DNA of 63,688 bases, the filler included, from Eremomyces bilateralis CBS 781.70 (lineage: Eukaryota): the NCBI GenBank assembly GCA_010015585.1. It is 5 parts of 5 records of this genome, joined end to end, with 100 filler letters (N's around TTAATTAATTAA, not from the genome) between each part and the next. Parts side by side here need not be neighbours in the genome. Positions count along the whole stretch, not along the records: positions 1 to 20,994 come from ML975204.1; positions 21,095 to 39,390 come from ML975205.1; 3 more parts are not named here. One strand, written 5' to 3'. The notes below the pieces were generated by a model. That model was not told the origin of the DNA. It worked only from the letters and a program-made list of their open reading frames with translations, and ran no database searches. Position 1 is the stretch's first letter. Every line of letters begins with the position of its first letter. This document shows positions 11,108 through 21,804 of the stretch, one piece after another. The translations under genes were made by a program, and so were the position numbers.

Positions 11108-12706
11108 ATGGCAGAAGCGCTCGCGATTGTTGGCGCACTCGCTGCATGCTTGCAGCTCGCCAAAGGATTTTCAGAACTCGGCAAGTCGATTGTCGCAGCC
11201 AGCCAGGGCATACGCTACGTACCAGAATATATTTCGGAACTGAAAGATAGCGCGGAGTTGTTTACGATAAGCCTGAGAAAACTCGTCAGAGCTGCGAAGA
11301 AAGCATATAGCGATAATAAAGAATCTACGGAAGCACGCGAGACTGCAAAAGCGATGGATATTATCAGATCTCAAGGCAGGAAACTGAAACCAAAGATTTA
11401 CGACCTTGTAAGGCAAGTCGAGGGCAGGCTGTTCTCCTCGACATTTTCGCAATTGTTTAGCAAGCTTCGTGTACTGTTCAAGCAGACGGGTGTGCAAAGC
11501 CTTCAGAATTCCTTACACAGGTTGATGCATACTACCCACCTACTCGGGTCGGGTATCATCCTTGACACACTTCTCGCACGAATCAAGAAGCTAGAAGATG
11601 AGGATATTCCTGTTTCAGAGGATTTAAGAGACGAAGTGTAAGTACTATGATTACAAGTCTGCAAATCGATTGTCGCTGATGCTGGCCGTAGATCATTGCT
11701 TAGACAAGAGATTCAAACCCACAGATCCATTGCGAAAGACTTAGAAAAACGACTCAAGGTTCAAATTGAGGGCTCGAGTACTGGAGACAGTCTTTCGCGG
11801 GATATGGCGAAAATGCTAGATGCTTCACAAAAGCTCGATCATTACGTGGAAAGAACAGTCTCTAGGGTCGCCCCCGAATTGGTTGCGACACGTAGACGGA
11901 AGAGGAAGGTTCGCTCGTCTAGACCACCGAGATCTCTACGGGAGTCGTATCTAAGCTCCTACCACGCTTCGCCTCTACATTCTACTCCACCAACCTCCCC
12001 TTCGAGTGCTAGGCATTGGCAGCAAGAGCGAAGTCGGGGCATTCGAGAATTACCTAGAACACGCAGCACTACTCCGCCATCCCAAATGGGGCCTCCACTT
12101 TTTAATGTCCCCGAACGACGGGAAAAACGAATATATGTTTCATCCAATCGTGTAGTGAACAATGCTCCCTCGGAAGGAGTTGAGGCAGAGGAAGCTATTC
12201 TAGAGGTGTCACCATTAAGTACAATTGGACCTGTCATTATTGTGAACGAGAACAATGAAGTCGAGGAGCAGCATAGGGAGTGGCACCTAGACGCAAGTAT
12301 GCTGCGCGACGCAGAAGAAACAAGCCTCCTACCTACTGTTTTGGCCGAGGAGGAAGTAGCCGCCCAGTCGGAACGACGTGTTCAGTTGGAGGCGACCGAC
12401 GATGACCATGATTCCAGAAGTCGAGAGACCGGTTTTGTTGAAGGTCACTCCCGTCCCCGAATCGTTTGCGAAGATGACATCCAGTCACTTAATAGGACGA
12501 ACGATTCATCGTCCTTACAAAGTCATCGTCGACCACGCGCTCATCGAACCAACAGCAACTCTAGATCGGTCGATATTTTCTCGCCGCCTGAGTCTAAACA
12601 AAGACATGAAGATCCGGAAGTGGCTAGAGATGAGCGATATAGGCCCTTGGCTCCATTTGATCGCAACGATAGGAGAAAGTGGGGGAAGCGGCCTATAGGA
12701 CCATAA
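11108..12706 (+). CDS. Hypothetical 2-exon protein (~514 aa) with fungal helical N-terminal (SesA/HeLo-like) domain and disordered C-terminus
   Basis: Starts MAEALAIVGALAACLQLAK. The GT-AG intron 11638-11691 joins ORFs 11108 and 11696 in frame. Confidence 0.7.
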
Positions 12707-12883
12707 AGTCGCACTCTAGGTCCTAGCCGCCCTGCTGGCGGCTATGCAGTGTATAATTATAAATAGGGTGCCCCCGCCCTTCGCTTTCAGAAGTCAAGCC
12801 GTTCCTTGCAAGCTACTTCCTCTTCTGCTCTGAGCAGTTCCACCTAATAGCTTGAATAGTTGTTCTATGTCTATGTACTTGTT

Positions 12884-12976
12884 TGTGACAGTCTTGGGCT
12901 TTGCCCAGTCTGTGTGTTGTGGCCTTGCGGCCTAAGGCAGAAGGGATGGGTAGACCGTTTGCCCATAGATGTAAAT
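12884..12976 (+). repeat. Partial solo LTR family A, running into a gap
   Basis: TGTGACAGTCTTGGGC... matches 30546-30733. Confidence 0.9.
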
Positions 12977-12986
12977 NNNNNNNNNN

Positions 12987-15900
12987 CCAAACATCAAAGG
13001 ATCTTGATGCCTGAGGCATCAAGTTCCACACAGGTTGGAAACAAAGACAACAGCTTGTCGTTGAAGACAGCCATGTCAACACGCCCCCTCAAGCTGTTGG
13101 AGCTTGGGTGCTTGAGCAGAGTTTGCAGAACAATAGAGAAGAACAATAATAAAAGGAAATCCTCCTCAATTTCTCTCTGATTCTCACTAATCTCGAACTC
13201 TGCGTAATCCCAGGTTAGTCCTATGATAAGCAAACTTGCTCAGGACCAGAGGTTTCGTAAACCCATCTGCGATCATCTCATCTGTAGAACAATAGACGAG
13301 GACAATAGACCCGTTAACTACGTGGTCTCGCACAAAATGATACTGAATATCAATGTGCTTATTCCTAAAATGGAACAATGGATCTTTTGCGAGGGCCATG
13401 GCGGATTGGCTGTCAGTCAGAACAATAGGACGAATCGTTACCATTGTTCTGAAATACTCCGGGAGCTCCTTGATAAAGGATTGCAGGAAAAGGGACTCCT
13501 TAACCGACTCCTTGAGTGCCATGTATTCCGCTTCACACGAGCTCAACGCAACAGATTTCTGGAGTTTTGACGACCAAGACACTGCAGTCATATTGCTATT
13601 GTTCCCAATCCGGAAACAATAGCCAGTCGTCGACTTCCTGGAAACAGGATCACCACCATAATCCGCGTCAGAGAATCCGTCAATGACAATGCCATCTGGA
13701 CTAGAACAATAGACCAGACTAAAGTCAATAGTCTCCGCTACGTACGACCAAATTTTATCCAGTAGGATGAAGTGGTCAGGGCTTGGATTGTGCATAAAAC
13801 GAGCACAATAGGAGACACAATAGGTCAAATCTGGTCGAGTATGAACAATAGCATGGATCAATGATCCCACCTGCTCTTGATACGACCTCTTTTGATCCGA
13901 GGTCTGAGCTGGAGATTCCTGTGCGGGCAGGACCTGGAATCCAGGAGGAAAGGGATTTTTCGCCTTACGTATGGTCAATTTACCAAAACGTTCAAGGCAC
14001 TTCCGAAGGTATCCTGACTGATTAAGGGCAATAGAACTGTCGTTACTATTGTTCAGTTCGATGCCAAGGAAGTAATGGATCTGGCCCAAATCTTTAATAA
14101 TCAGGCCTAGACCTAGGAGGTCTTGGAGAACCTTTGTCGCTGTTTCAGTAGAACCAGTCGCAACAAGGATATCGTCAACGTACGTGACGATAACAATAGG
14201 CAAAGTTGGGTGGAAATAGCAAGTGCTATCCGTGGTCAATGCCACAAAACCCAAAGACAATAGCAAGCCATTCAGATAGCGTTGCCAAAGTCGAGGCGAC
14301 TGTTTCAATCCATACAGTGCCTTTTGGAGGAGACACACGTCACTAGACGCGTGTTCAGAATCAGTAAAACCAGTGGGTTGTTCCACATAGATGGTTTCAG
14401 ATAATGGGGCGGAGATGAATGCCTGTTTGACATCCCAATGACGAAGACAATAGCGATTCTGGATCGCTATGGCAACAATAACACGGTATGTTACCGGTTT
14501 TGTCGTCGAGGCAAAGGTATCACGGTAATTGATACCGTATTCCTGTGAAAACCCCTTGACAACCCATCTTGCCTTGAATTTCTCCACAGAACCGTCGGCA
14601 TGCAACTTTTTGGTTAGGACCCAACGCCCCCGCAAGACGGGCGTATTGTCCGGTCTAGGAACAATAGACCAAGTCTTGTTTTCAATCAGACCTCGGTATT
14701 CCTCGTGGATTGCGCCCATATAGGAATCGGTTTCTTCGTGGGTTCTTCGCAACACTGAATTGACTGATTGATTGGTCAAGGTTTCTGTCGCGTTAACCAC
14801 ACCTGTTGGCGCCGCGGCTTCGATAAGTTGCTCAATCCATGACAATGATGATTGATCATGTGAATCTGAGTCAGCAATAGGAGGAACAATAGGAGAGCTC
14901 GTCTCCTCTGGATTATCCAGGTCATTGTCCTCCGAAGGTCTCATATTTTCCGGGATTTCGAGTTCCGTGTCGTCAACATCATTGCGGTTCTTCCAGAACC
15001 TATGTTCAAACACCGACACGTCCCGAGCCCACGTAGTCCTATTGTCTTCGGGAGACAATAGCTTGTATTGATTAGATCCGTATCCAATCAAATACCAACG
15101 AGTTCCGCGTGGATCCAGCTTCCTGACATTATCCTCGCGTTTGTACGCTAAGGATCCCCATACACGTATCTTCGTAAGATCGGGCTGTACTCCAGTCAAC
15201 ACCTCAATAGGAGTCTTGTTTCCTATTGTCCTTGAAGGAGTCCTGTTATACAGGAAGGTGGCAGTAAGAAGAGCATCTCCCCAATTGCGTTTAGGAAGAC
15301 CAGATGAGACGAGCATCGCACGGACCTTATTCATAAGAGTCCTATTGATACGCTCAGCGATCCCATTTTGTTCTGGCGTGTACGGAGCTGTCGTGGTCCC
15401 CTGGATTCCACGTTTCTTGAGGTAATCCTGCAAAGATTTCTTCATATATTGTCTTCCATTGTCTGAATGGAGACGTTTCACGACCCGAGGATTCTCCGAA
15501 GTCCAGGCCTGTTTTTCGACAAATTTGATATGCTCTATCACGGTTTTCTCTATTGATTTCATATCTGTCAATAGATAGATCCAACAATAGCGCGTGTGGC
15601 CATCAACAAAGGTAATAAAATACCGATATTTCGCAGAAGTCCGGGGAGAAATAGGTCCGCAGATGTCCGTATGGAGGACATCGAGATATTGTTCCGGTCG
15701 AACAATAGGAGTCCGACTAACCACGCGAGTCTGATTGGCGGCCGAACAGTCTTCGCACTGAATCGACTGGATTTCTGAGTACGTAAGACTTGGTCCATCC
15801 AATTTCGCGGCGTTGGTAAGGGCTTGAAGGGCTGGTTTTCCCACGTGACCCATCCGTCTGTGCCACGTGATCGCGGTGTCGGAGGTCGCGTTGACCGTCT

Positions 15901-17454
15901 CGTCATGATTTGGGGACGAGGTCAACGTCTGAAGAGAGGAACGATCAACAAGATCGAACAATAGGGCAGCGACATTATCTTCCATTGTTCCAGAAGCAAT
16001 GGCTTCATTTTCTCGGAAAATATAGAAATAGTCGCCTTCAAATTCGGCTCGGAAACCTTGCTTGGTCAATAGACCTAAGGACAATAGGTTGGCCTGGAGC
16101 TGAGGAACAAAGAGGACATTGCGTATACGTAAGATGCGATGGGCAAGCTCAATTCGAACCTCACCAACACCAGACGCCTGAATCGCTTTCCCGCTATTGT
16201 TCCCGCCCCAACGAATCGTCTTGTTTGTAGAGTCAAGACATGTAAACAGCTCGCGTTGCCAACACACGTGGACCGTCGCCCCGGTGTCAACGACCCAATC
16301 GGTCGTTTTTGGCTCAATGGCCGTGAATAGGACCGTCTCAGGCTTCTCAGAACCGTTTGAGGAAGTCATCTGAACAGTCCCATTGTTTCTCTTCCCATTG
16401 TTCCGGAGATGTGGATATTTTTGCCAACACCGCTCTTCCGAATGCCCTTTTCTCTTGCAATAAGGGCAAACGGGCTTAGAGTCTGACGTATGGTCAATTT
16501 CCATTGCGTCTCCGTGTAGGGACGAGGTATTATGGCTCGCATCATTGCCCGTACTGTTCTCGTGGGTCTTATTAAATGCGGCGGGGAAGAAGGCATTGTT
16601 ATTGCCATTGTTGCCGGATTTAGTAGTCTGTTTACTTTTTCCGGTCTTTTTAGAGATGCGACGATATTCATCCAGTAGCTGTGCCTGGATCGACGCAAAA
16701 GAGATAGCTGTATTCCCTCGTATTGTCTGGATCAAAAGAGATGCTATTGTGTCGTATTCTGGGGTTAATCCATTGATAACAAGGGCCAGAATGAATTTCT
16801 CCGGAAGTCCAGAATCTCGTAAGGAGAGCTCATCCTTGATCTCCTGGATCTTGTTGGTATAGATCTCCATATTGCCCTTGCAAGACAATAGGGTCGTGCC
16901 AATAAGGTCCTGGCAGAGGATGAAATCACTAGAGAACCCTCTATGGCCGTAAAGGGTCTCGATCTTGTTCCACATTTCGAAAGGCGTTTCACAGAAACGA
17001 ACCTGGATAAGAGGACCGTCGGCAAGAGTCTTGATAATACAACCTCGAGCCATCCTATTGTTATGGAAAATGGTATTGTATTCCGTAGTATAGGCCGATC
17101 GCTCTTCTTCCGTCGCGTCATTGGAAACAGTTGGATAGACCGTAGGAGTCTCAATACAAGGGTAGTATCCCTTTTCGTATAATAGCTGCTCAACACGGAT
17201 CTTCCACAGACTGTGGTTGTTGGCTCCATAGAGCTTTGGGATCTTCTCCCCATCATTTGAACCCATTCTGAAGAATTGAGGGAACAGTAGTAAGATGAAG
17301 AGGGAGGCAAATGAGGAAGTAAATATAAGAAGTTCCTAGGCTAATTTGGGCTCATAACCTATTGAGATTGGAATATCTGTAGAGGCTCAATCTTCCACGA
17401 TTGGAATATCTACAAAGGCTCAACCTCAGGCACAGTGGGTAAGGAACTCCATAT
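12987..17454 (-). mobile_element. Ty1/Copia LTR retrotransposon; both LTRs run into gaps
   Basis: PBS-like GGTTATGAGCCC (minus strand, 17348-17359) follows a 5' LTR ending ...CTCA. Purine tract GAGGGGG then TGTTGAC starts the 3' LTR at 13081. Intact gag-pol ORF. Confidence 0.95.
13187..17266 (-). CDS. Copia Gag-Pol polyprotein, 1359 aa
   Basis: CCHC knuckle CPYCKRKGHSEERC, protease VVDTGAT, GAG-pre-integrase WHRRMGH, integrase (HTDICGP, HSDNGRQY, NGIAER), RT (KARWVVKG, LYGLKQS, YVDD) and RNase H (FSDADYGG, KHIDIQYH), in PR-IN-RT-RH order. Confidence 0.97.
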   Translation of the reverse strand: MGSNDGEKIPKLYGANNHSLWKIRVEQLLYEKGYYPCIETPTVYPTVSNDATEEERSAYTTEYNTIFHNNRMARGCIIKTLADGPLIQVRFCETPFEMWNKIETLYGHRGFSSDFILCQDLIGTTLLSCKGNMEIYTNKIQEIKDELSLRDSGLPEKFILALVINGLTPEYDTIASLLIQTIRGNTAISFASIQAQLLDEYRRISKKTGKSKQTTKSGNNGNNNAFFPAAFNKTHENSTGNDASHNTSSLHGDAMEIDHTSDSKPVCPYCKRKGHSEERCWQKYPHLRNNGKRNNGTVQMTSSNGSEKPETVLFTAIEPKTTDWVVDTGATVHVCWQRELFTCLDSTNKTIRWGGNNSGKAIQASGVGEVRIELAHRILRIRNVLFVPQLQANLLSLGLLTKQGFRAEFEGDYFYIFRENEAIASGTMEDNVAALLFDLVDRSSLQTLTSSPNHDETVNATSDTAITWHRRMGHVGKPALQALTNAAKLDGPSLTYSEIQSIQCEDCSAANQTRVVSRTPIVRPEQYLDVLHTDICGPISPRTSAKYRYFITFVDGHTRYCWIYLLTDMKSIEKTVIEHIKFVEKQAWTSENPRVVKRLHSDNGRQYMKKSLQDYLKKRGIQGTTTAPYTPEQNGIAERINRTLMNKVRAMLVSSGLPKRNWGDALLTATFLYNRTPSRTIGNKTPIEVLTGVQPDLTKIRVWGSLAYKREDNVRKLDPRGTRWYLIGYGSNQYKLLSPEDNRTTWARDVSVFEHRFWKNRNDVDDTELEIPENMRPSEDNDLDNPEETSSPIVPPIADSDSHDQSSLSWIEQLIEAAAPTGVVNATETLTNQSVNSVLRRTHEETDSYMGAIHEEYRGLIENKTWSIVPRPDNTPVLRGRWVLTKKLHADGSVEKFKARWVVKGFSQEYGINYRDTFASTTKPVTYRVIVAIAIQNRYCLRHWDVKQAFISAPLSETIYVEQPTGFTDSEHASSDVCLLQKALYGLKQSPRLWQRYLNGLLLSLGFVALTTDSTCYFHPTLPIVIVTYVDDILVATGSTETATKVLQDLLGLGLIIKDLGQIHYFLGIELNNSNDSSIALNQSGYLRKCLERFGKLTIRKAKNPFPPGFQVLPAQESPAQTSDQKRSYQEQVGSLIHAIVHTRPDLTYCVSYCARFMHNPSPDHFILLDKIWSYVAETIDFSLVYCSSPDGIVIDGFSDADYGGDPVSRKSTTGYCFRIGNNSNMTAVSWSSKLQKSVALSSCEAEYMALKESVKESLFLQSFIKELPEYFRTMVTIRPIVLTDSQSAMALAKDPLFHFRNKHIDIQYHFVRDHVVNGSIVLVYCSTDEMIADGFTKPLVLSKFAYHRTNLGLRRVRD

Positions 17455-17720
17455 NNNNNNNNNNNNNNNNNNNNNNNNNNNNNNNNNNNNNNNNNNNNNN
17501 NNNNNNNNNNNNNNNNNNNNNNNNNNNNNNNNNNNNNNNNNNNNNNNNNNNNNNNNNNNNNNNNNNNNNNNNNNNNNNNNNNNNNNNNNNNNNNNNNNNN
17601 NNNNNNNNNNNNNNNNNNNNNNNNNNNNNNNNNNNNNNNNNNNNNNNNNNNNNNATAATGATTAGGAAGAAGGAGGTGGGGGCGTAAATTACAATAATAG
17701 GACAGAAGTCTGGGCTGGTC

Positions 17721-17795
17721 AGATTTTCCCCCCCGTATTTGAGATTTTCCCCCCGTATTTGAGATTTCCCCCCCCCGTGAGATTTCCCCCCCCCG
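17721..17795. repeat. Tandem ~21-bp repeat AGATTTTCCCCCCCGTATTTG x3.5
   Basis: Read directly. It is followed by CTGCATCTACATCCC repeats at 17824-17883. Confidence 0.8.
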
Positions 17796-17937
17796 CTAGT
17801 AATGGTAGAAATTAAGGGAGATGCTGCATCTACATCCCTAAAACACTGCATCTACATCCCAATCCGCCCTGTAGCTACATCCCAGCCACGTGACCTAGGA
17901 ATACTGTGCTCTGATTGGTCCATTTTGGGGAATATAC

Positions 17938-18109
17938 TGTGATGGATCAGAGGTCCGCAGACCTGGATGCCTTGTGGCCCTGTGGCCCGTTTGCTCTGTA
18001 AACACCAGAACAGATAAACGCCTCGCACACCTTAGATAGATTCCTCCTTCATAGCAACAATTCAATGTTTGCCTCACGATTGGAGATTCCCGACAGTGAG
18101 ACTCTTACA
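17938..18109 (+). repeat. Solo LTR family C (172 bp, TGTGATGG...CTTACA)
   Basis: TSD TATAC at 17933-37 and 18110-14. Appears identical to 52895-53066. Confidence 0.93.
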
Positions 18110-18288
18110 TATACTAATCGTGAGAGACCTCGTTTTTGGGCCACTCTCGTACAGATCTCATTTGTTGACATGGTTGTAGGGTGACGGGTTGGTCTAGATT
18201 GCTTTTATATACACGAGGCAGATTGATTTATATACAGTAGATTTTGAAGAAGATCAAAAGAAAACAGTTTTTTGAAAAGAAAAGGAAA

Positions 18289-20994
18289 TTAGTTTAAAAG
18301 AAGGTAAGGGCGGGTTCGATACCGTGTTAAGAGAGTAGAGAGTTGTCCGTCTAAGAAATTCGACCCTACGTAGTTCTTCTGTAGGTCCCGGTAGAACTTG
18401 GCCGTTTTAAGCTCGCAGAGGCCGCCAACGGAGAGAACGAGGGGGAAGAAGTCCTTACCGTGAGCCCGATACTTTGCAATCTTGGCCTTGGCTGCCTCGT
18501 CGAGGACCTGAAGGGGCGGCCTAGCTTTGACGGAGCTCGCGTGGACTGAGACGACGGTGAGGTCGTAGAAGGTCTCTCCAGGGGGGCCCAGGACCGAGAT
18601 GTCAGCGCGGTGGCCAGTGGGGTCACGTGAGTCAAAGGGAGGCTCCTCCTTGATAGTCCTCGAGGGGTAAGCCACGCGCATGGCGCGCGCTAAGACTCCT
18701 CGGATCGTATCATGGCGGGTGGCGGTCCCTCGTTGCCTTGTTCGGCATGACTCCGCGTGGAAGGGTGTGTTTTCTATTCCGCAAGGGCAAATGGGCTCTT
18801 GGTCGCCTCCGAGGAGCATTCGAAGTTTCAGGGCCGTAGCTAGCTCTCCGTCCGCAAGAAGAAGTGGTTTTTATGAAGGCAGGACGTTAAGCCAGTGGCG
18901 ACCGAAAAACGACGCGTTTTCCGTCAGGGTAGCGACCCTCGTGGGGTCCTTTTGGTCGCTAAGGGTCTTTTGGACCCGTTCTAGCCGTTGACGGGCCAGA
19001 GATTGCCCGATTTCCCTCTGGGGGGGCGTGGGGGGCCTTGGGGGGTCTGGAGGGAGGTCTGGGGGCGGAGGAGTTCCAACAAAGACGTAGGCGACTGGGA
19101 GGGGCTGAACTGGGTCGTCTGGGTCAATCAAGGGATCCCGGAGGGGCGTAGGCCAGCCAAGGGCGGTCCGGAGGGACTGGGAGGCGAGCTTTGAGGCCGA
19201 TCGGTAAGCTGGGATGCTTAGTTCCTCGTAGAGGGGGAGACCGAGGCCTCCGAGCTTCACCGGCAAGGCGATTAGGTCTCGATCGAGCGGGTAGGACGTC
19301 GGGTCGCCTCGAATCAGGCCAATGGCGCGCTGGATTTCGTCGTCTGCAGTCTGCCAGGTTTCTCCGAGGCCGAATGGGTGTAGAGTTCTTAGGAGGTGGC
19401 GGAGGGTTAGCGACACGCACGTGCGTAGGAGGAGGAGGGCTCCTTGTTTCGGGAGGGCGAGGATCCGGGAGACGGCGGTCTTGAATTCGACGATTTTCGC
19501 TTCTAGGAACTGTTTCCTAGCGTCGTCCGGTCCGATGAAGCTTCCGAGTGCCCGAATTCCCTCATTTCGGACGAAAGTAGTCGAATATTCGCTACTTTTC
19601 GTCTCGTTTAAGATCAGGGGCGCTCGGAGGTTCCGAAGGGTGTCCCGAACGATTCCCCGGGCTCCTTCGTTTGGCGAGAAAAGGTAGATATCGTCGAGAT
19701 AGGCGATCATCTTGACTCGTGGGCCGAGGACTTCGTGGAGGGCGCTGAGGGTATCCCGAATTGCGATCGAGAAGAAGAAGGGGCCGAGGGGATCTCCTTG
19801 GCGGACTCCTTGGGCGGACGTGAGGAGGGGGCCGCCTGTCGTGGCCAGAATGGAGGGTTCTCCGTAGGCCCATTGGGCTAGGCGGTAGAAGTCTGGGGCG
19901 TACTTGTAGATTCCCTTAGCCATGGCGGTCCTATCGACGGTATTGAAGGCGTTTGAGAAGTCCAACGACGTAATTCTGGAGAATTGGGCCTTCTGGTCGC
20001 CGAAAACGGTCCGTTCAATGGCACGCAGGGCTGGTTCCACTCCTCCAGGGGATCCTACGCCAAGCTGGTATGGGAGAAGGGAGCTTGGCGAGTAGTTTTC
20101 CCGCAGGATCGCCTTGGCTACGACTCGGTAGAGGAGATCTCCGACGGCGATTGGTCGAAGGCCTCCGTCTTCCTTTGTCAAGGCCACCAGGCGGGCGGCG
20201 AGGAGGAGGTCTCGTCCGTGGGCGGTCCCTTGGACGATCTGCTTACCGAGGAGTTCGAGAAACGAGGCAAATTGAGGCTCCTTTGTTGCGATTTCCGTCA
20301 GAGCCTTGGTCCATCCGCTCAGTCCTGCCGAGGTTTCCGTGGGAAGGGAGCGTATTGCGGCCCAGATGGTGTCCTTGGATGGGGCACGTCCGGAGCGGGG
20401 CTTGAGGGAGCCTCCAAAGGGGCGGGGCGGGCCAGGGGGGTGTTTTTTCCGCAAGATTTCCAGGTTTTCCGCTGTTAGCGGGGCGGGGCGGGCGTCCGAG
20501 ATCAGAGTCCGAACGGCTCGGGAGAGGTAGCCACGTTTAAGGAGCTTTTGGGCCTTCTCGAGGGTCTTTGGCTGTAGTTCTGATATGTCCTGGGGGATAG
20601 GCGGCGAAGGGGAACGAGGAGGCGTTAGAGGTTCCATGATCGGGGGCGGAAGAGGGGCAGGAGGCCGAATGTTTGGGTATTTCCGGAGGGTTTCCGCGAT
20701 TGGTTGTCCGAGGCCACCTTCTCGAGCTAGCGCGAGGACTTTTGGGAGCAGGAGGATGTCGAGGAGGGACGCGGCGGTTGGGCGGGCCAGGTATACTGCG
20801 GAACAGCGGGCTGCGGCGGTTGCGAAGGCTTTGGCGTATCTTCCGTGCAGAGGGTCTTCGGTTGGGGCGACATGGGCGTAGCTGAGGAGCACTTCGAGCT
20901 CTGGGGAGATTTCCGGGACCGGAGGGGATTCCGTTGGCTGGCTGGGGTTATCCGGGCCTGTAGGAGGCGGCGGAGGGGCGGGGCGGAGATTTTT
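18289..20994 (-). mobile_element. RLE-type non-LTR retrotransposon (CRE/Cnl1/MoTeR-like), one premature stop, 5' end in a gap
   Basis: RT motifs GLRPIAVG, LDFSNAFN, GVRQGDPLGP, AYLDD and LGGLG. These are followed in the same frame by CPCG...HAESC, RHD, RADI, YDLTV and KIAKY (restriction-like endonuclease). ORFs 18871-20892 and 18289-18819 share a frame and are separated by a single TAA. Confidence 0.88.
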
Positions 20995-21411
20995 NNNNNN
21001 NNNNNNNNNNNNNNNNNNNNNNNNNNNNNNNNNNNNNNTTAATTAATTAANNNNNNNNNNNNNNNNNNNNNNNNNNNNNNNNNNNNNNNNNNNNTAGGCC
21101 TCGGATGGGTGCGGGTGGGTTGGGTTGGGGTTCTCTTGGCGTGCGGGTGGGGTGGGGTGGGGTTCTCCAAACCTGGATTCCCAACCCAACCCCACCCGCA
21201 TGCCAAGCAACCCAAACCCAACCCCACCCGCAGGCAACCAGGGACAAACCCAACCCCACCCCATGCCAAGAAACCTTGGGGGAACCGCGGGGTGGGGTTT
21301 TCTGCGGGTTCAACCCCAACCGCAAGATGGGTTGGGTTTCTTGGCGCATCTGATGGGTTTCTTGGCATTATTAAAAGGGCTTTAGACTAGATTAGGCTAG
21401 TAGCATATAGA

Positions 21412-21469
21412 GAGAGAGATTCATACGCCCGTCAGGCCTCTCTGCGAGGCCCATGTGGGGAACTAGCTA
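21412..21469 (-). mobile_element. 5'-truncated SINE/LINE-tail insertion, family D, with (TC)n tail
   Basis: 16-bp TSD GCTAGTAGCATATAGA at 21396-21411 and 21470-21485. Confidence 0.85.
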
Positions 21470-21804
21470 GCTAGTAGCATATAGAAGATGTGGTAGTCAG
21501 ATGTGGTAGTCAGATATGGTAGTTTAGTCACGCGGTATAAAATGTAAGTAGGAAGCTTTCTATTTAATTCTGGCTATAGAAGTTTATCCGGCGCATTAAG
21601 CAGGATCATTAATCTAAGAGTATACGATGCTCACTCACCCATCGTATACCCAAACCTGCGACTTGTTATTCGCCTTAACTGACAAATTGGAGAATTATAA
21701 AAACGCCATCCATTGACACCCATAACTCATGATATACGTTAAGCCATAACTAAAATATATTAGTTTATATAATCATGGTAGGATTCAGACCTTACCTTCA
21801 CGTT

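Noticed and set aside
13223..17310. Numerous short antisense and overlapping ORFs within Copia, the RLE element and the fusion gene
   Set aside because: Shadow ORFs of long coding sequences with no recognisable motifs.
18871..18873. Programmed frameshift or readthrough between RT and endonuclease ORFs
   Set aside because: Both ORFs share a frame, and a single C->T nonsense change is the simpler explanation.
21039..21050. TTAATTAATTAA palindrome inside N-runs (also 39435-46, 54921-32, 62240-51)
   Set aside because: An artificial contig-joining linker with stops in all six frames. It is not biological, and adjacency across these gaps cannot be trusted.
21039..21390. Several Pro/Gly-rich ORFs here and at 27846-28214
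   Set aside because: Spurious translations of the hAT subterminal repeat arrays.
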